Source of the DNA: Chamaesiphon sp.
GTDB lineage: Bacteria; Cyanobacteriota; Cyanobacteriia; Cyanobacteriales; Chamaesiphonaceae
Direction of reading: 5' to 3'
Length of the DNA: 64,000 nt
Assembly: GCA_965246715.1 (NCBI GenBank)
Contig: CBDFFH010000002.1
Location: forward strand, 160,001 to 224,000
A model generated the notes under the pieces. That model had not been told where the DNA came from, made no database searches, and saw only the letters and a program-made list of their open reading frames with translations. Positions 33,201 to 44,200 of this stretch are shown piece after piece (within the stretch, counting starts at the first letter, position 1; the number at the start of each line of letters is the position of its first letter). The position numbers and the translations under genes are program-made.

Positions 33201-35315
33201 ATGTTAAACAAAACAATTTGGATTGAGGGGGGGACGCGCAGTGGGAAAACGGGTGCGCTGGTCGATCGATTTTGTCAGTGGGTGGACGAACGAGTGGCTG
33301 ATGGCAAACAATCCCAACGGGATGCCAAAATATTAATCTTGGCTGGCAACGATGATAGCAAGCGAGTGTTGGGAGATACGATCTCGGAAAAGTTGGCAAA
33401 TTTAGCTCACTATCCAATTGTGGCGAAAACGACGATCGGATTTATTCAGGATGAAGTGTTGTTATTTTATCCTCTCCTGATTCAAAAATTAAATATACCT
33501 GCCCATTTTCCGCTGAGATTGCGGCCAGAGACCGAGCAGGAGTTGGCTACAAAGTTGTGGCAACCAGCGCTAGAACGGCTCGATTGGCGAGCAGTCGCTC
33601 CTTCAGAGTACCGATTCGTGCGGCGAACTTTGGACTTAATTCAATTAGCGGCTTATGCTGCTACTCCGTTGGAATCTATGCCTAGATTACTCGCAAGCGG
33701 GTTTGGCGTGGAGTTAGCTGCGACACCAATTTATAGTTGTTTGGAGTCATTAGCCACCGAGTGGCGGGATTGGTGTTTGGAGCGGGGATTGCTGACGTAT
33801 GGCATCATGACGGAATTGTACTGGCGGCATTTATTTCCGCAGCCTGAGTATCAGCAACATTTACGCGATCGCTATTGGGCGCTACTAGCCGATGATGTGG
33901 ATGATTATCCCGCGATCGGGCGACAGCTTTGTGAATGCTTGTTAGCTGCTGGGGTTTGGGGGGCATTTACTTATAATCCCGATGGCATGGTGCGGTTGGG
34001 GTTGAGTGCCGATCCGGATTACTTGTGGGGTTTAAAGTCTCAATGTGCGAGTAAGATCTATCTCGAATCGATCGCGACACCATTATTCAGCCAGCGTTCC
34101 ACCAATTCGCCGACAGTCGATCTCATCGTGCGAACAGCGCTCGATCCGGGAAATTTTCTCCTACTGCCGAGTGGGGTCAGTGCGATCGAAACGCGCACTC
34201 GGGGCGAAATGCTCAAAACTGCCGCCGAAACTGCGATCGAGCTAATCGCTCGCGGGAAAGTGCGAGCGGGAGAGATTGCCATAATCGCCCCTGGCTTGGA
34301 TGCAATTTCTCGATATACGATTGTCGATACCTTCGAGCGAGCGGGTATTCCGCTCGAATCGCTCAACGCCCAACGCCCACTCAATAGCGATGCTGGCGTT
34401 CGCGCTCTATTAACACTGATGGCATTAACCTATCCAAACTTGGGGCAACTAGTCAGCCGCGATGAAATTGCCGATCTGCTGGTTACGTTGAGTTTAGAGG
34501 AGATCCCCCCAACCCTAGATCGAGGAGGCTTTAAGATCGATCCAGTTCGGGCTGGTTTGTTAGCTGATTATTGTTATGCACCAGCTCAATCCCAGCCTCG
34601 CCTGTTACCCTATCCAAATTTTCCACGCTGGGATCGCCTCGGTGCGAGCGTTACTCAGGCTTACGATCGCATTCTGGCCTGGGTAGAACGCTTACAACAG
34701 CAACAGCCCACACCCCTAAATTTATTAACCGACACGATCGCCTATTTTTTCGATCGAGGTAGTTATCTCCCATTCGATCGACTTTCCGCCTTGCGCGAGC
34801 TGATGGAAACCGCCCAACATTATTGGCAAGTTGCCGAGCGGACGCATAGCCCCGCCGAGTATCTAGAGTCGGCGCATCAAATTACCGCTCGATTTATCCT
34901 GCTGCTCCGGCAAGGAACCGTTAGCGCCAATCCATATCCGAGCGGACAACTCAAGCCTCAAAACCAGGCAGTAACGCTCTCGAACATTTTCCAATATCGC
35001 GCCAGCAAGCGATCGCACCCGTATCATTTCTGGTTGGATGTCGGTTCGCCGCTGTGGGCAGAAGGTGGGGCGGCAACGCTATATGGTGCTAATCTCTTTC
35101 TCCAGGAGCGAATGCGATCGGGGCAGCATTGGACGGAAACCGACACTGAAACTAGCAACGAACATCGCCTAGAGCGAATCTTGCGCGATCTATTTTATCG
35201 GGTCACCGATCGACTCTATCTCTGTAATAGCGATCTCGCGATCGACGGACGCGAACAAACCGGACAACTTTTGACGCTGGTGCATAGTGTTGAGAAAACA
35301 GCGATCTTAGCGTAA
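33201..35315 (+). CDS. conserved cyanobacterial protein with degenerate UvrD/SF1 helicase-like P-loop
   Basis: GGTRSGKT, LADDVDDY, EIAIIAPG. Confidence 0.75.
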   Translation: MLNKTIWIEGGTRSGKTGALVDRFCQWVDERVADGKQSQRDAKILILAGNDDSKRVLGDTISEKLANLAHYPIVAKTTIGFIQDEVLLFYPLLIQKLNIPAHFPLRLRPETEQELATKLWQPALERLDWRAVAPSEYRFVRRTLDLIQLAAYAATPLESMPRLLASGFGVELAATPIYSCLESLATEWRDWCLERGLLTYGIMTELYWRHLFPQPEYQQHLRDRYWALLADDVDDYPAIGRQLCECLLAAGVWGAFTYNPDGMVRLGLSADPDYLWGLKSQCASKIYLESIATPLFSQRSTNSPTVDLIVRTALDPGNFLLLPSGVSAIETRTRGEMLKTAAETAIELIARGKVRAGEIAIIAPGLDAISRYTIVDTFERAGIPLESLNAQRPLNSDAGVRALLTLMALTYPNLGQLVSRDEIADLLVTLSLEEIPPTLDRGGFKIDPVRAGLLADYCYAPAQSQPRLLPYPNFPRWDRLGASVTQAYDRILAWVERLQQQQPTPLNLLTDTIAYFFDRGSYLPFDRLSALRELMETAQHYWQVAERTHSPAEYLESAHQITARFILLLRQGTVSANPYPSGQLKPQNQAVTLSNIFQYRASKRSHPYHFWLDVGSPLWAEGGAATLYGANLFLQERMRSGQHWTETDTETSNEHRLERILRDLFYRVTDRLYLCNSDLAIDGREQTGQLLTLVHSVEKTAILA

Positions 35316-35611
35316 CGTGTGTTCGGGTTAAGAGAAGAGATCTTTACTGCAAAAATTACTGGTGTTGTAGAACCCGGATCTGGGGGAGGCTTCCCCCAGA
35401 CCCCCCGTTGAGGGGCGGCACTCCGCTCCTCAAACTCCCCTGCACAAGGGTTGGTTTGTTGGCAGCGGAGCGCGCTCCGCATTAGCTTCGCAATGGGAAT
35501 CGATCTGTGGGTGGGGTTCGTGAATTGGGGGCGGTTCCGAAACGAAGCTAGGAGTCGTCGATTACCGTTGGTACGCTACGCGAACGGAAATCCTTATCCC
35601 GAACTGACGTT
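35314..35611. mobile_element. MITE-like element, family A copy 2
   Basis: Ends aacgtgtgttcgggttaag / tccttatcccgaactgacgtt; core shared with 8137-8440. Confidence 0.8.
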
Positions 35612-35861
35612 AGATTAGCGTAGATTCAGATCGATGTTTTGCACTAAAAATAGACCAAACTACTAATCGGCATTGCTGGATTAGAGTATGAAGAAGTTAT
35701 ACCAATTTAAAAAACGAGCCTGACAGATGGATCGATCGACTCCAGAGACAGCCTGACTTCCCCAATCCCCAATCCAAAATCCAAAATGGTATCGGTTAAG
35801 GAGAAGACCTAACGTCGATCGCATAGCTGCAAATCAGCCCTTAACGCTCATCGATCGAGTA

Positions 35862-37175
35862 TTATTTCGCCACTTGGGGAATTTTGCCTGCTAATCCAGT
35901 CATCAGCCGGAGTGCTAGATACTTGCAGCCAGGAATCCGATCGAGTAAAAATAAACCCACCCGCCGGATCATCACGATCGGGAGTAAGCGGGTAGAGAAC
36001 ATGCGATCGAGAAAATCTGTAAAAGCTAAAATCGCCCAATTCTCCGGCTTGCGCCAGCGAGTATATCTTTTCAGGACTGCATCGCTACCGATATCTTCCC
36101 CAGCACGCTCTGCGGCAAGTAGAATCTCGGCTAGCGCCGCTGCATCCCGAATGCCTAAATTCATCCCCTGCCCAGCTACTGGATGACAACAATGCGCCGC
36201 ATCGCCGATTAATGCCAGTCTGTGGGCGGTATATTGTTGACTCTGCATCAACTTCACTGGAAATAACCACCGCTGACTGTCTAGTGCCAATTTACCCAAC
36301 AACCCACCCGTGCAGCGTTCCAATTCTTGCAGAAACTCAGATTCCGGTAAATCGCGCAACTCCTCAGCCTGTTGGTGTGGAGCTGTCCAGACGACCTGAC
36401 AACGCCCATCGGCTAATGGTAACACTCCTATCGGCCCAGCATACCAAAACCGCTCGTAAGCAACGCTTTGATGCGGCTTTTCAGGGACGATCGTTGCTGT
36501 CACGCAAGATTGCCAATAATTCCAACCCGCCGTTTGAATTCCTGCCTCAGTGCGTAATGTCGATTTGGCACCATCGGCGGCAATTACTAACCTAGTCCGA
36601 ATCGTCTGGGGTAGGTCATTCTCTGGGGTTTGAATAGTGATTTCTGCACCTGTAGCGGTATAGTCTACGCCAACTACCTGTGCGGGACACATGACGGTAA
36701 TATTCGTGGCTGCTTGCAACTTCTCTTGCAATGCCGTCAATAACACTTCATGACTAGCTGCGTAGCCCAATGTCTCGGTGCCTAAATCCTGGGGATACAG
36801 CTTCACCACTCCCGCATAGTCAGCATCAGAGATTTGAATTTGGCTAAATTGGGTAACTTGTGGTAAAACTTGTTGCCAGATGCCCAAGCCCTCAAAAATC
36901 TGCCCTGAAAGCATCGACATCACATAGGCTCGCCCCTTAGCCACCGAAATCGACGCTGCTTGAGACTCGATCGAGACTACACTCAATCCCGAGTTTTGCA
37001 GCGCAACTGCCAAAGTATTCCCAATAATGCCACCACCGACGATCGCAATATCGTAATCTAACTCGATTGCTGTTGTGGCGGCGCGATCGACACTAGGATT
37101 CAGATTATATTGGTGACGTTGGCGATCGTTTCCCTTGAATGACAACTTCTCTGTCAGAGCATCGAGGCGGAGCAT
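35862..37175 (-). CDS. UbiH/COQ6-family FAD-dependent hydroxylase
   Basis: GGGIIG, AADG, GDAAHCCHPVAGQGMNLGIRD. Confidence 0.9.
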   Translation of the reverse strand: MLRLDALTEKLSFKGNDRQRHQYNLNPSVDRAATTAIELDYDIAIVGGGIIGNTLAVALQNSGLSVVSIESQAASISVAKGRAYVMSMLSGQIFEGLGIWQQVLPQVTQFSQIQISDADYAGVVKLYPQDLGTETLGYAASHEVLLTALQEKLQAATNITVMCPAQVVGVDYTATGAEITIQTPENDLPQTIRTRLVIAADGAKSTLRTEAGIQTAGWNYWQSCVTATIVPEKPHQSVAYERFWYAGPIGVLPLADGRCQVVWTAPHQQAEELRDLPESEFLQELERCTGGLLGKLALDSQRWLFPVKLMQSQQYTAHRLALIGDAAHCCHPVAGQGMNLGIRDAAALAEILLAAERAGEDIGSDAVLKRYTRWRKPENWAILAFTDFLDRMFSTRLLPIVMIRRVGLFLLDRIPGCKYLALRLMTGLAGKIPQVAK

Positions 37176-37410
37176 AGTTACTAATTACAATAATTGGTTT
37201 AACTTCAGAATTAATTAATATTATCTCGGACTAAAATTGCCGAAAATTTGGTAAGTAAGCTACCCTGCTTCTAACCCGCGTAGGCGGGTTTTGACTGTCT
37301 AGGCGCGAATTTATTCGCCAGCCTCACTCGAACTGAATGTAGTTACAAATTGTTTTTATATGGAAGAATGTAATTGTTACTCGATCGTAACATCTTTCTT
37401 TTGAAAATGC

Positions 37411-37543
37411 GGCGTTGCTGAATATGGGTATGATTTTTTGTAGGGGTGCTCCTTGTGGGTACCCTGAATCGATGCGGGGTAAGCACGAGGCATTACCCCT
37501 ACAAAAATTGTTTGTGCGTTTCATACATTAATTCAGCAACGCC
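37411..37543. mobile_element. 133-bp IS1-related MITE
   Basis: TIR ggcgttgctgaat / attcagcaacgcc; 8-bp TSD GAAAATGC (37403-37410, 37544-37551). Confidence 0.88.
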
Positions 37544-37669
37544 GAAAATGCTTTTACCCCAAATTCTGTAGCTTGAAACTGCCAGGCCAGATATCTAGAT
37601 GAGCGCCACAGCCACAGCCGAATAGGGTAATATTTGCTTGGTGTTATCGATCGAGTGGACTTAGCAGCA

Positions 37670-39220
37670 ATGAATCAGCAAAAAGCTTTATCAACATGGG
37701 CGTGGTTGTGGATCGGGAGTGGTTTGACATTGAGTGCGATCTCGATCCAGTCTGAGTCAGCACTGGCGCTCTCGGCTGTCGAAGTCGGGAAGATTGCCAA
37801 GTCAGTCACGGTATCGATCGATAGTGAAAATTCTGTCGGTTCGGGTATCGTCATCAAAAAAGAAGGTAGTACCTATACCGTGCTTACTGCCGCACATGTA
37901 ATTCGCAACCGCCAGCAGACTTATAAAATTACGACTCCTGACGGCAATAGTTATCCGCTAGTAGCCGCAAATATTAAATCTGCGACATCCGATGTCGATT
38001 TAGCAGTTGTTAAGTTTCAAAGTAGCGCCAATTATCCGATCGCCAAATTGGGGAATGTCGAAACAGTTAGTGAAGGCTCTCCCGTCTATGTCGCGGGTTT
38101 TCCGCTGGCAACTGCGGCGATTACTCAGTCAGTTTACAATTTTACCGAAGGCAAGGTAACTGCCAATGCTAACCGTCCCCTAGCTGGCGGCTATTCGTTG
38201 GTTTATAGCAATAATACACTCCCAGGGATGAGCGGTGGCCCTGTATTTAATGAAGCTGGCGAAACAATTGCGGTACATGGCAGAGCTGATATCAAGGAAA
38301 CGACTCAAGCCTCGGAGATTAATTCCAGCGTTCAGACGATCAAGACTGGATTTAATTTAGGCATTCCTACGAATACTTTCATGCGGTTGGCAAGTAAGTT
38401 GGGTGTTAATTTTGGCACGAACCCACCGGTAGTTGTAGCTGCGGCTACAACCAAAGCACCACAAGCAGCGGACTATTTCTTGATTGGAGTAGATCGCTTC
38501 AATCGCGGTAATCTCGGCGGTGCGATCGAGTCGATGAACGCTGCTATTAAACTCAATCCTCGTTATACCAGAGCTTATATTGCCAGAGCTGCGGCTAATT
38601 ACATGAATAAACGTATCGGTGCGGCAATCGGCGATAGCGATCTCGCGATCTCGAGCGATCCAAATTCAGCGATCGCGTATACTGGCAAATGCTTCTTTAC
38701 CAGTGAATTTGGTAATAATGGTGCGGCGCTCGGAGCTTGCGATCGCGCCGTCGAATTAAACCCAAAACTGGCGATGGCATACAATGTGCGGGGACTAGTA
38801 CGCACAAAACTCGGAAATTACGCACCTGCGATCGCCGATCTTCAACAAGCGATCGAACTCGATCCCAAACTATATTATTCATACACGAATCTGGCAATAG
38901 CCCAATTCTCTCAACGCAATACTCTTGGAGCGCTAAATTCGGCACGTACCGCCACCCAACTTAACCCCCAATCATCGAACGCACACGGACTACTCGGTCA
39001 ATTATTGGTGGTAAATAAAGATTATCAGCAAGCATTGTTCGAACTCAATCGCGCACTCGGCTTAAATCCGCGTAATAGTAGTGCTTACGAAGCGCGAGCT
39101 GCGGCTAATCTAGCATTGGGAAATAGCGCCCAAGCAAGAAGTGATGCTCAGCTAGCCAAACAATTTGCCCTCAGCAGCCCCACTGGGTTTATTGAGGATA
39201 TCAGTTTCTTAAATCAATAG
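37670..39220 (+). CDS. trypsin-like serine protease with C-terminal TPRs
   Basis: LTAAHV, DLAVV, GMSGGP catalytic triad; TPR repeats; signal-like N-terminus. Confidence 0.9.
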   Translation: MNQQKALSTWAWLWIGSGLTLSAISIQSESALALSAVEVGKIAKSVTVSIDSENSVGSGIVIKKEGSTYTVLTAAHVIRNRQQTYKITTPDGNSYPLVAANIKSATSDVDLAVVKFQSSANYPIAKLGNVETVSEGSPVYVAGFPLATAAITQSVYNFTEGKVTANANRPLAGGYSLVYSNNTLPGMSGGPVFNEAGETIAVHGRADIKETTQASEINSSVQTIKTGFNLGIPTNTFMRLASKLGVNFGTNPPVVVAAATTKAPQAADYFLIGVDRFNRGNLGGAIESMNAAIKLNPRYTRAYIARAAANYMNKRIGAAIGDSDLAISSDPNSAIAYTGKCFFTSEFGNNGAALGACDRAVELNPKLAMAYNVRGLVRTKLGNYAPAIADLQQAIELDPKLYYSYTNLAIAQFSQRNTLGALNSARTATQLNPQSSNAHGLLGQLLVVNKDYQQALFELNRALGLNPRNSSAYEARAAANLALGNSAQARSDAQLAKQFALSSPTGFIEDISFLNQ

Positions 39221-39274
39221 TTTAGGAGCAAGAGATCGAGCCTCAAGGATATTTCACGATCCAATTTTAGGGTC

Positions 39275-39527
39275 TATAGAATCCCGTTGAGATCTTTTTA
39301 GCGATCGTCTAATAGATATTGGTGGGACGGGCGGGTTCGTTTGGAGTTGGTAGTGATTGGCGGGAATTTTTAGCATAAACCCGCCCCTCCAGATCCATAC
39401 ATATACAACATCACACATTTGATAGAGCGACCGTAGGGGCGGGTTTATGCTAGCTGATATCGAGCTTAACAATCGATATCGAACAAACCCGCCCTCCTCC
39501 TCTAGAAGATCTCAAACGGGTTCCATA
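39275..39527. repeat. MITE/REP composite between convergent genes
   Basis: Ends tatagaatcccgttgagatctt / aagatctcaaacgggttccata; internal gggcgggttt / aaacccgccc pairs. Confidence 0.6.
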
Positions 39528-39546
39528 AAGATATTCCCGATCGCAC

Positions 39547-40746
39547 TTAACTCAATAATTTACTTATTCTCAAACCAGTCCGCTTATTTTCGGCTGGAGT
39601 GCCGAGCGTAATTCGCAAGCCGCCACCAGTATGTCGGATCGAAGTCCCCATATTTTTCAATTGTGTAACTAATTCTGCCATCGCCAGATCTGGATTATCT
39701 ACCCCTGTTATTCGAGCATAGATAAAGTTAGCATCGCTGCGCCAAACTTGGAGCTGAGGCAGAGCGGTTAATATCTGAAATAATCGATCGCGTTCCTCGA
39801 TCGTTTCTGGAATTGTTGCTAATAGAAGTTGACGATGTTGTAATGATAATTGCGCCGCCGCGAGGGAAATACTCGGTAAATTATAAGGCAATCTTACCTG
39901 TTCCAACGTAGCAATCAGTTGGGGGTGAGCCACTGCATAGCCGACGCGATGTGCTGCCAACCGAAAGGCTTTAGAAAATGTCCGCAAGACGATCCAATTT
40001 GGATGTGCGGCTAATTCAGTTACTACCGTCTGCTGGCTGAATTCAAAATAAGCCTCATCGATAACTACCAGAATATCTGGCGGTAAACTCCGCAGCCACT
40101 CTAACTCTGCATCAGTCAGCGCATTTCCCGTCGGCGAATTTGGATGTACCACGAACACCACCCGAATCGGCAGATCTTCAATCGCTTTCTGTGCCGCAAC
40201 TAAATTCATCTCAAAATTTACAGGCGATCGATCGACTGTTACCACAGGTATCCCTAGCGTTTGCGCCAAGATGCCATACATGCTAAATGTCGGCGCAGCT
40301 ACCAAAATACTCCCCGCTCCACCCACACAAGTCGCAATCAGGATCGATCGCAATAATTCATCCGAACCATTCCCCACGCTAATCTGGCTGAGAAGGACTG
40401 CGGGACGACCCACCGCTGATTCACTCACATAACTAGCGATCGCGGCTTTGAGCTGATCGTGTCCCCCATCTGGATAACGATTGCTCTCGACAGACTCCAC
40501 CCACAGCTGCGCCAATTCCTGCTTGAGCGCCAATGGCAAATCGTAGGGACTCTCATTCGTTTCCAATCGATCGATCTGCGCTTCAGCTGTCTCCACTGTA
40601 CCGCCAGGATGCGGCGTGTATGCTTGCAAACTAGTGAGATCGCGGCGGAGGAAGGGTAATGCGGCTGCGGCGGTAGGAAGGCTGGCTCGATCGCTAGTAG
40701 TCATGGTGCGTAGTGAAGTCTGAATTTCCATCATAGATCGATCCAT
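39547..40746 (-). CDS. hisC: histidinol-phosphate aminotransferase (start uncertain)
   Basis: NESP, NRYPD, GNGSDE, PNSPTG, DEAY, RTFSKAF. Confidence 0.93.
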   Translation of the reverse strand: MDRSMMEIQTSLRTMTTSDRASLPTAAAALPFLRRDLTSLQAYTPHPGGTVETAEAQIDRLETNESPYDLPLALKQELAQLWVESVESNRYPDGGHDQLKAAIASYVSESAVGRPAVLLSQISVGNGSDELLRSILIATCVGGAGSILVAAPTFSMYGILAQTLGIPVVTVDRSPVNFEMNLVAAQKAIEDLPIRVVFVVHPNSPTGNALTDAELEWLRSLPPDILVVIDEAYFEFSQQTVVTELAAHPNWIVLRTFSKAFRLAAHRVGYAVAHPQLIATLEQVRLPYNLPSISLAAAQLSLQHRQLLLATIPETIEERDRLFQILTALPQLQVWRSDANFIYARITGVDNPDLAMAELVTQLKNMGTSIRHTGGGLRITLGTPAENKRTGLRISKLLS

Positions 40747-40806
40747 CGAGAGAATCCCGCAGGCAGCCTAAATATTCGGCGCTCAAAAAAATATTTCATT
40801 TTGCTA

Positions 40807-40835
40807 TTGACAGGAATAAAAATATGCCTTACATT
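40807..40835 (+). promoter_or_regulatory. sigma70 promoter of tRNA-Glu
   Basis: TTGACA-17 nt-TACATT. Confidence 0.8.
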
Positions 40836-40853
40836 GATAAATGTCTGAAACGC

Positions 40854-40926
40854 GCCCCCATCGTCTAGAGGCCTAGGACACCTCCCTTTCACGGAGGCGA
40901 CAGGGATTCGATTTCCCTTGGGGGTA
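40854..40926 (+). tRNA. trnE: tRNA-Glu(TTC)
   Basis: GCCCCCATCGTCTAGAGGCCTAGGACACCTCCC-TTTCAC-GGAGG...TTCGA...TGGGGGTA cloverleaf; CCA not encoded. Confidence 0.97.
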
Positions 40927-40945
40927 CTTCAGAAAAATATCTTAC

Positions 40946-40982
40946 AAAAAGAGGTGAGGCAATTATTGTCTGACCTCTTTTT
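40946..40982 (+). terminator. terminator after the tRNA
   Basis: aaaaagaggt...acctcttttt hairpin. Confidence 0.7.
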
Positions 40983-41063
40983 GCATCGGTAGGACGATCT
41001 TAGTAATAGTACTAAGATTGCTATTGCTTGCACTCATGCCCAGATAGACTTACACCCAATTCT

Positions 41064-41933
41064 ATGGATGGTGATTTTCTACATATTCCAGTTCTCAGCC
41101 AGGAAATAATTTCGGGTTTGAGTGTAGTTCCTAGCGGCTGGTATTTAGATGCAACTACTGGTGGTGGCGGACATAGCGAACTAATTTTGCAGGCTGCGCC
41201 CGATGTTAATTTAGTTGCACTCGATCGAGATACACAGGCTCTCGATGCAGCGAAGACAAGACTTCAGCCATATGGAGATCGCGTAAAATTTTGGCATGGT
41301 AATTACGCCGACTATCAGCCGTTAGCACAGCGATTTGATGGGATTATTGCCGATTTGGGAGTGAGTTCGGTGCAGTTAGATTTAGCCGAACGCGGATTTA
41401 GTTTTCGGAATGAGGCACCGCTGGATATGCGGATGGATCGATCGCAACCAACGACTGCGGCGGATCTAGTGAATCAGACATCAGAAGTCGAGTTAGCAAG
41501 AATTATCTTTACTTATGGGGAAGAGAGAATGTCGCGGCAAATTGCCCGCGATATCGTCGCCCAACGTCCATTTACGACAACCACACAACTGGCTTATACG
41601 ATCGGTGGTGCGGTACCTAAATCTTATCGTTACGGCAGAATTCATCCGGCTACGCGAACATTTCAAGCACTGAGAATTGCCGTAAATCAAGAGCTAAGTT
41701 CGCTAGAAAAATTTTTGGCAGTGGCACCTACTTGGCTCAAACATGAAGGTAAGATCGGGTTGATTAGCTTTCATAGTTTAGAAGATCGGATCGTCAAACA
41801 TACCCTCCGTGAAAATGAGGATTTAAAAGTTTTAACTAAAAAACCAATTATTGCCACCGATGCAGAAATAGCATCCAATCCGCGCGCTCGCTCGGCGAAA
41901 CTCAGATGGGCGATAAAACTGGTTAATAATTAA
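41064..41933 (+). CDS. rsmH: 16S rRNA m4C1402 methyltransferase
   Basis: [55 protein letters not shown]. Confidence 0.96.
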   Translation: MDGDFLHIPVLSQEIISGLSVVPSGWYLDATTGGGGHSELILQAAPDVNLVALDRDTQALDAAKTRLQPYGDRVKFWHGNYADYQPLAQRFDGIIADLGVSSVQLDLAERGFSFRNEAPLDMRMDRSQPTTAADLVNQTSEVELARIIFTYGEERMSRQIARDIVAQRPFTTTTQLAYTIGGAVPKSYRYGRIHPATRTFQALRIAVNQELSSLEKFLAVAPTWLKHEGKIGLISFHSLEDRIVKHTLRENEDLKVLTKKPIIATDAEIASNPRARSAKLRWAIKLVNN

Positions 41934-42640
41934 TGTAAATCAATTCCAAATCATAAACAGTAACAGCTAGATCCAGACAACACAATCGATCGATAATCAT
42001 CGGCTCTACCAGCTCCCATTTACCGCCAGCCAAACCACAACCGATGCGGGGCATATGAATTGAAGCTGATAATTCGATCGCTTTATCTGCAACTGTAATT
42101 AAACCTGATTCGATCGCTTCATAACGGACGGGAATATGCGGATCGCCTTTAACAGCTATTTTATGCTGTCCGATAACATTGGCGACCCAAGTATCTGGAG
42201 TGATTTGCACGAATTGAGCCGCACTCAATCCATAGTTATTCGTCTCGCGCTCAGCATACCACTGATGAAAAGCTTGTTCTGGTAGCTTGGATCTTTTGGA
42301 TAATGCGAAGACAACGTCAGTTCGGGATAAGGAAAATTGATTTGCTCCGCTTAAGCACCGCCCTGAACTGGAAGTTCGGGCTAATAACTCAAGTTCTCTT
42401 CAGAGAACTGCCGAATTGATTAGTTCGTTAAAACGAACTTTTGCTATGAGCAACTAATTCATTTGAGGGCGGTCTGGAAACGAAGCTATGAGTCATCGAT
42501 CGGCAATCCTTATCCCGAACTGACGTTAAGACAAAGCCTTTCCCCCATCTACCGATATCGTTGCAAATATGGACGATGATTTTAGTTCCGACTCCTGTTG
42601 GATTGATGGCATCGCCTTTTAAATATGTAATCGATTTCAT
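41923..42640 (-). pseudogene. macrodomain (Appr-1''-p processing-like) gene interrupted by a MITE
   Basis: Excising the element and one TSD restores ...HICNDIGRWGKGFVFALSKRSKLPEQAFHQWY...SIHMPRIGCGLAGG. Confidence 0.9.
42313..42527. mobile_element. 215-bp MITE, family A copy 3
   Basis: Perfect 21-bp TIR aacgtcagttcgggataagga; 5-bp TSD AAGAC (42308-42312, 42528-42532). Confidence 0.93.
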
Positions 42641-42731
42641 CTTATAAATAAATGCTGGCGGTTTTAACCGCAGCTAGGTAAACAAAATCCGCATACTCGG
42701 ATTAACTTAGCCGATCGGATTAAAACGATCT

Positions 42732-44123
42732 TTAAGTATTCGCACTAAATATTGCCATTTGTGTAGGTGCGCCAACTTCTGGATCGATCGATCCGATCGA
42801 GTCAAACTTCACTTGATAATTAAACTTGCTGGCAACTCCCTCCGCCCAAGCTTGAAACTCAGCGCGAGTCCATTCAAAACGATGGTCTTTATGGCGTAAT
42901 TTACCTGCCGCGAGATTGGAAAAATTGACATTGTATTCAACATTTGGCGTAGTTACGATCGCGGTGTGCGGGCGGGCAAATTCAAATAATACTCGCTCGA
43001 ACGCTGGCAGTCGATAAGGATCGAGATGTTCGATAACTTCGATCGCAGTAGCTGCATCATAACCCTCGATCCGACGATCTCGATAAGTCAAACCACCTTG
43101 CAATAATTTCACGCGATCGCGTTGCTTGGGCGAACTAAACTTGTATTCTAAGCGCTCTCTGGCAATCTCCAAGGCACGATATGACACATCGATACCCAAA
43201 ATCTCCTCGAAGTAAGGATCTTGCACCAACAGGCGAATGAGCTTACCTTCACCGCAACCGAGATCGACTACTTTTTGGGCATTGGCAGCTTTGAGGGTTT
43301 GAGCGATGGTTTCTAGACGTTGTTGATTGAGACTGAGCGGCTTTTCGAGGATGGCTTCGTCGGTATCTCGATCTATTTCAGTGGTGTCAGGATCGATATC
43401 TTCCGCACTCGTCAGTTGCGCTAGAGCACTTCTCGTTAATTTAGCCTGACGTTTAAGATAGCGATGGGTGATTTCATTTTTTTCAGGATGAGTTGCCAAC
43501 CAGCCTCCACCATGCCGCAGCAGTTTGTCAACTTCCTCTGTGTCTACCCAATAATGTTTGTCATTATCCAGTACCGGAATCAGCACGTAGAGATGGCTGA
43601 GTAAATCGGCAAGTTTCACCGTCGCACTGACAGTTAGAGTGTAGTAATAGCTTTGACCCCAGTCAGGAAACTCCTCATCGAGTGGATAACCCTCGATCGT
43701 GAGGGTATAACCAAATGGCTCGAACAGCCGATGCAATAAGCTAGTACCGCCCCGACAGGGTACAGCGGAAATCGTTGCCGACAGCGGAATCGGGGTATCG
43801 ACAAGCTCGGGACGGTTGGGGCAGCGGCCATTTAATGCCGTACCGTAAATCTGTGAAATCGCAACACTGAGAAAGGATGAAGCGACATACGGCCGATCGT
43901 TCACATATTGGTCTAAGGTATGTGCTTGCTTACCACGTACCAATTCTACCGGATCGATATCGATGATTAATGCTGCTGTACACCGATCGACCGTCGCTTC
44001 AGGATAAAATACCTGTGCCTTACCCCAAGACAACGGAAAAGTTTGCGATCGATCGGGGTGTTTGTGCAGTAAATAGCCGAGATCGGTAGCTGGATTGTGA
44101 GTCGTGGTAATCGTCAATAACAT
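42732..44123 (-). CDS. hen1: 3'-terminal RNA ribose 2'-O-methyltransferase Hen1
   Basis: ATDLGYLLHKHP, YVNDRPY, KHYWV, DLGCGEG, EVIEHL, TTPN.EYN, RHKDHRFEWTR. Confidence 0.94.
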   Translation of the reverse strand: MLLTITTTHNPATDLGYLLHKHPDRSQTFPLSWGKAQVFYPEATVDRCTAALIIDIDPVELVRGKQAHTLDQYVNDRPYVASSFLSVAISQIYGTALNGRCPNRPELVDTPIPLSATISAVPCRGGTSLLHRLFEPFGYTLTIEGYPLDEEFPDWGQSYYYTLTVSATVKLADLLSHLYVLIPVLDNDKHYWVDTEEVDKLLRHGGGWLATHPEKNEITHRYLKRQAKLTRSALAQLTSAEDIDPDTTEIDRDTDEAILEKPLSLNQQRLETIAQTLKAANAQKVVDLGCGEGKLIRLLVQDPYFEEILGIDVSYRALEIARERLEYKFSSPKQRDRVKLLQGGLTYRDRRIEGYDAATAIEVIEHLDPYRLPAFERVLFEFARPHTAIVTTPNVEYNVNFSNLAAGKLRHKDHRFEWTRAEFQAWAEGVASKFNYQVKFDSIGSIDPEVGAPTQMAIFSANT

Positions 44124-44200
44124 TTAATTCGTACTCGATCTTCGTTAGAACCCATCTCCCAACTATACCAAAGCTTCCAAATCCAAAATCCAAAATTAAT

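Noticed and set aside
40854..40926. tRNA-Glu as the integration site of the island
   Set aside because: No duplicated tRNA 3' end was found, and core genes follow the tRNA directly.
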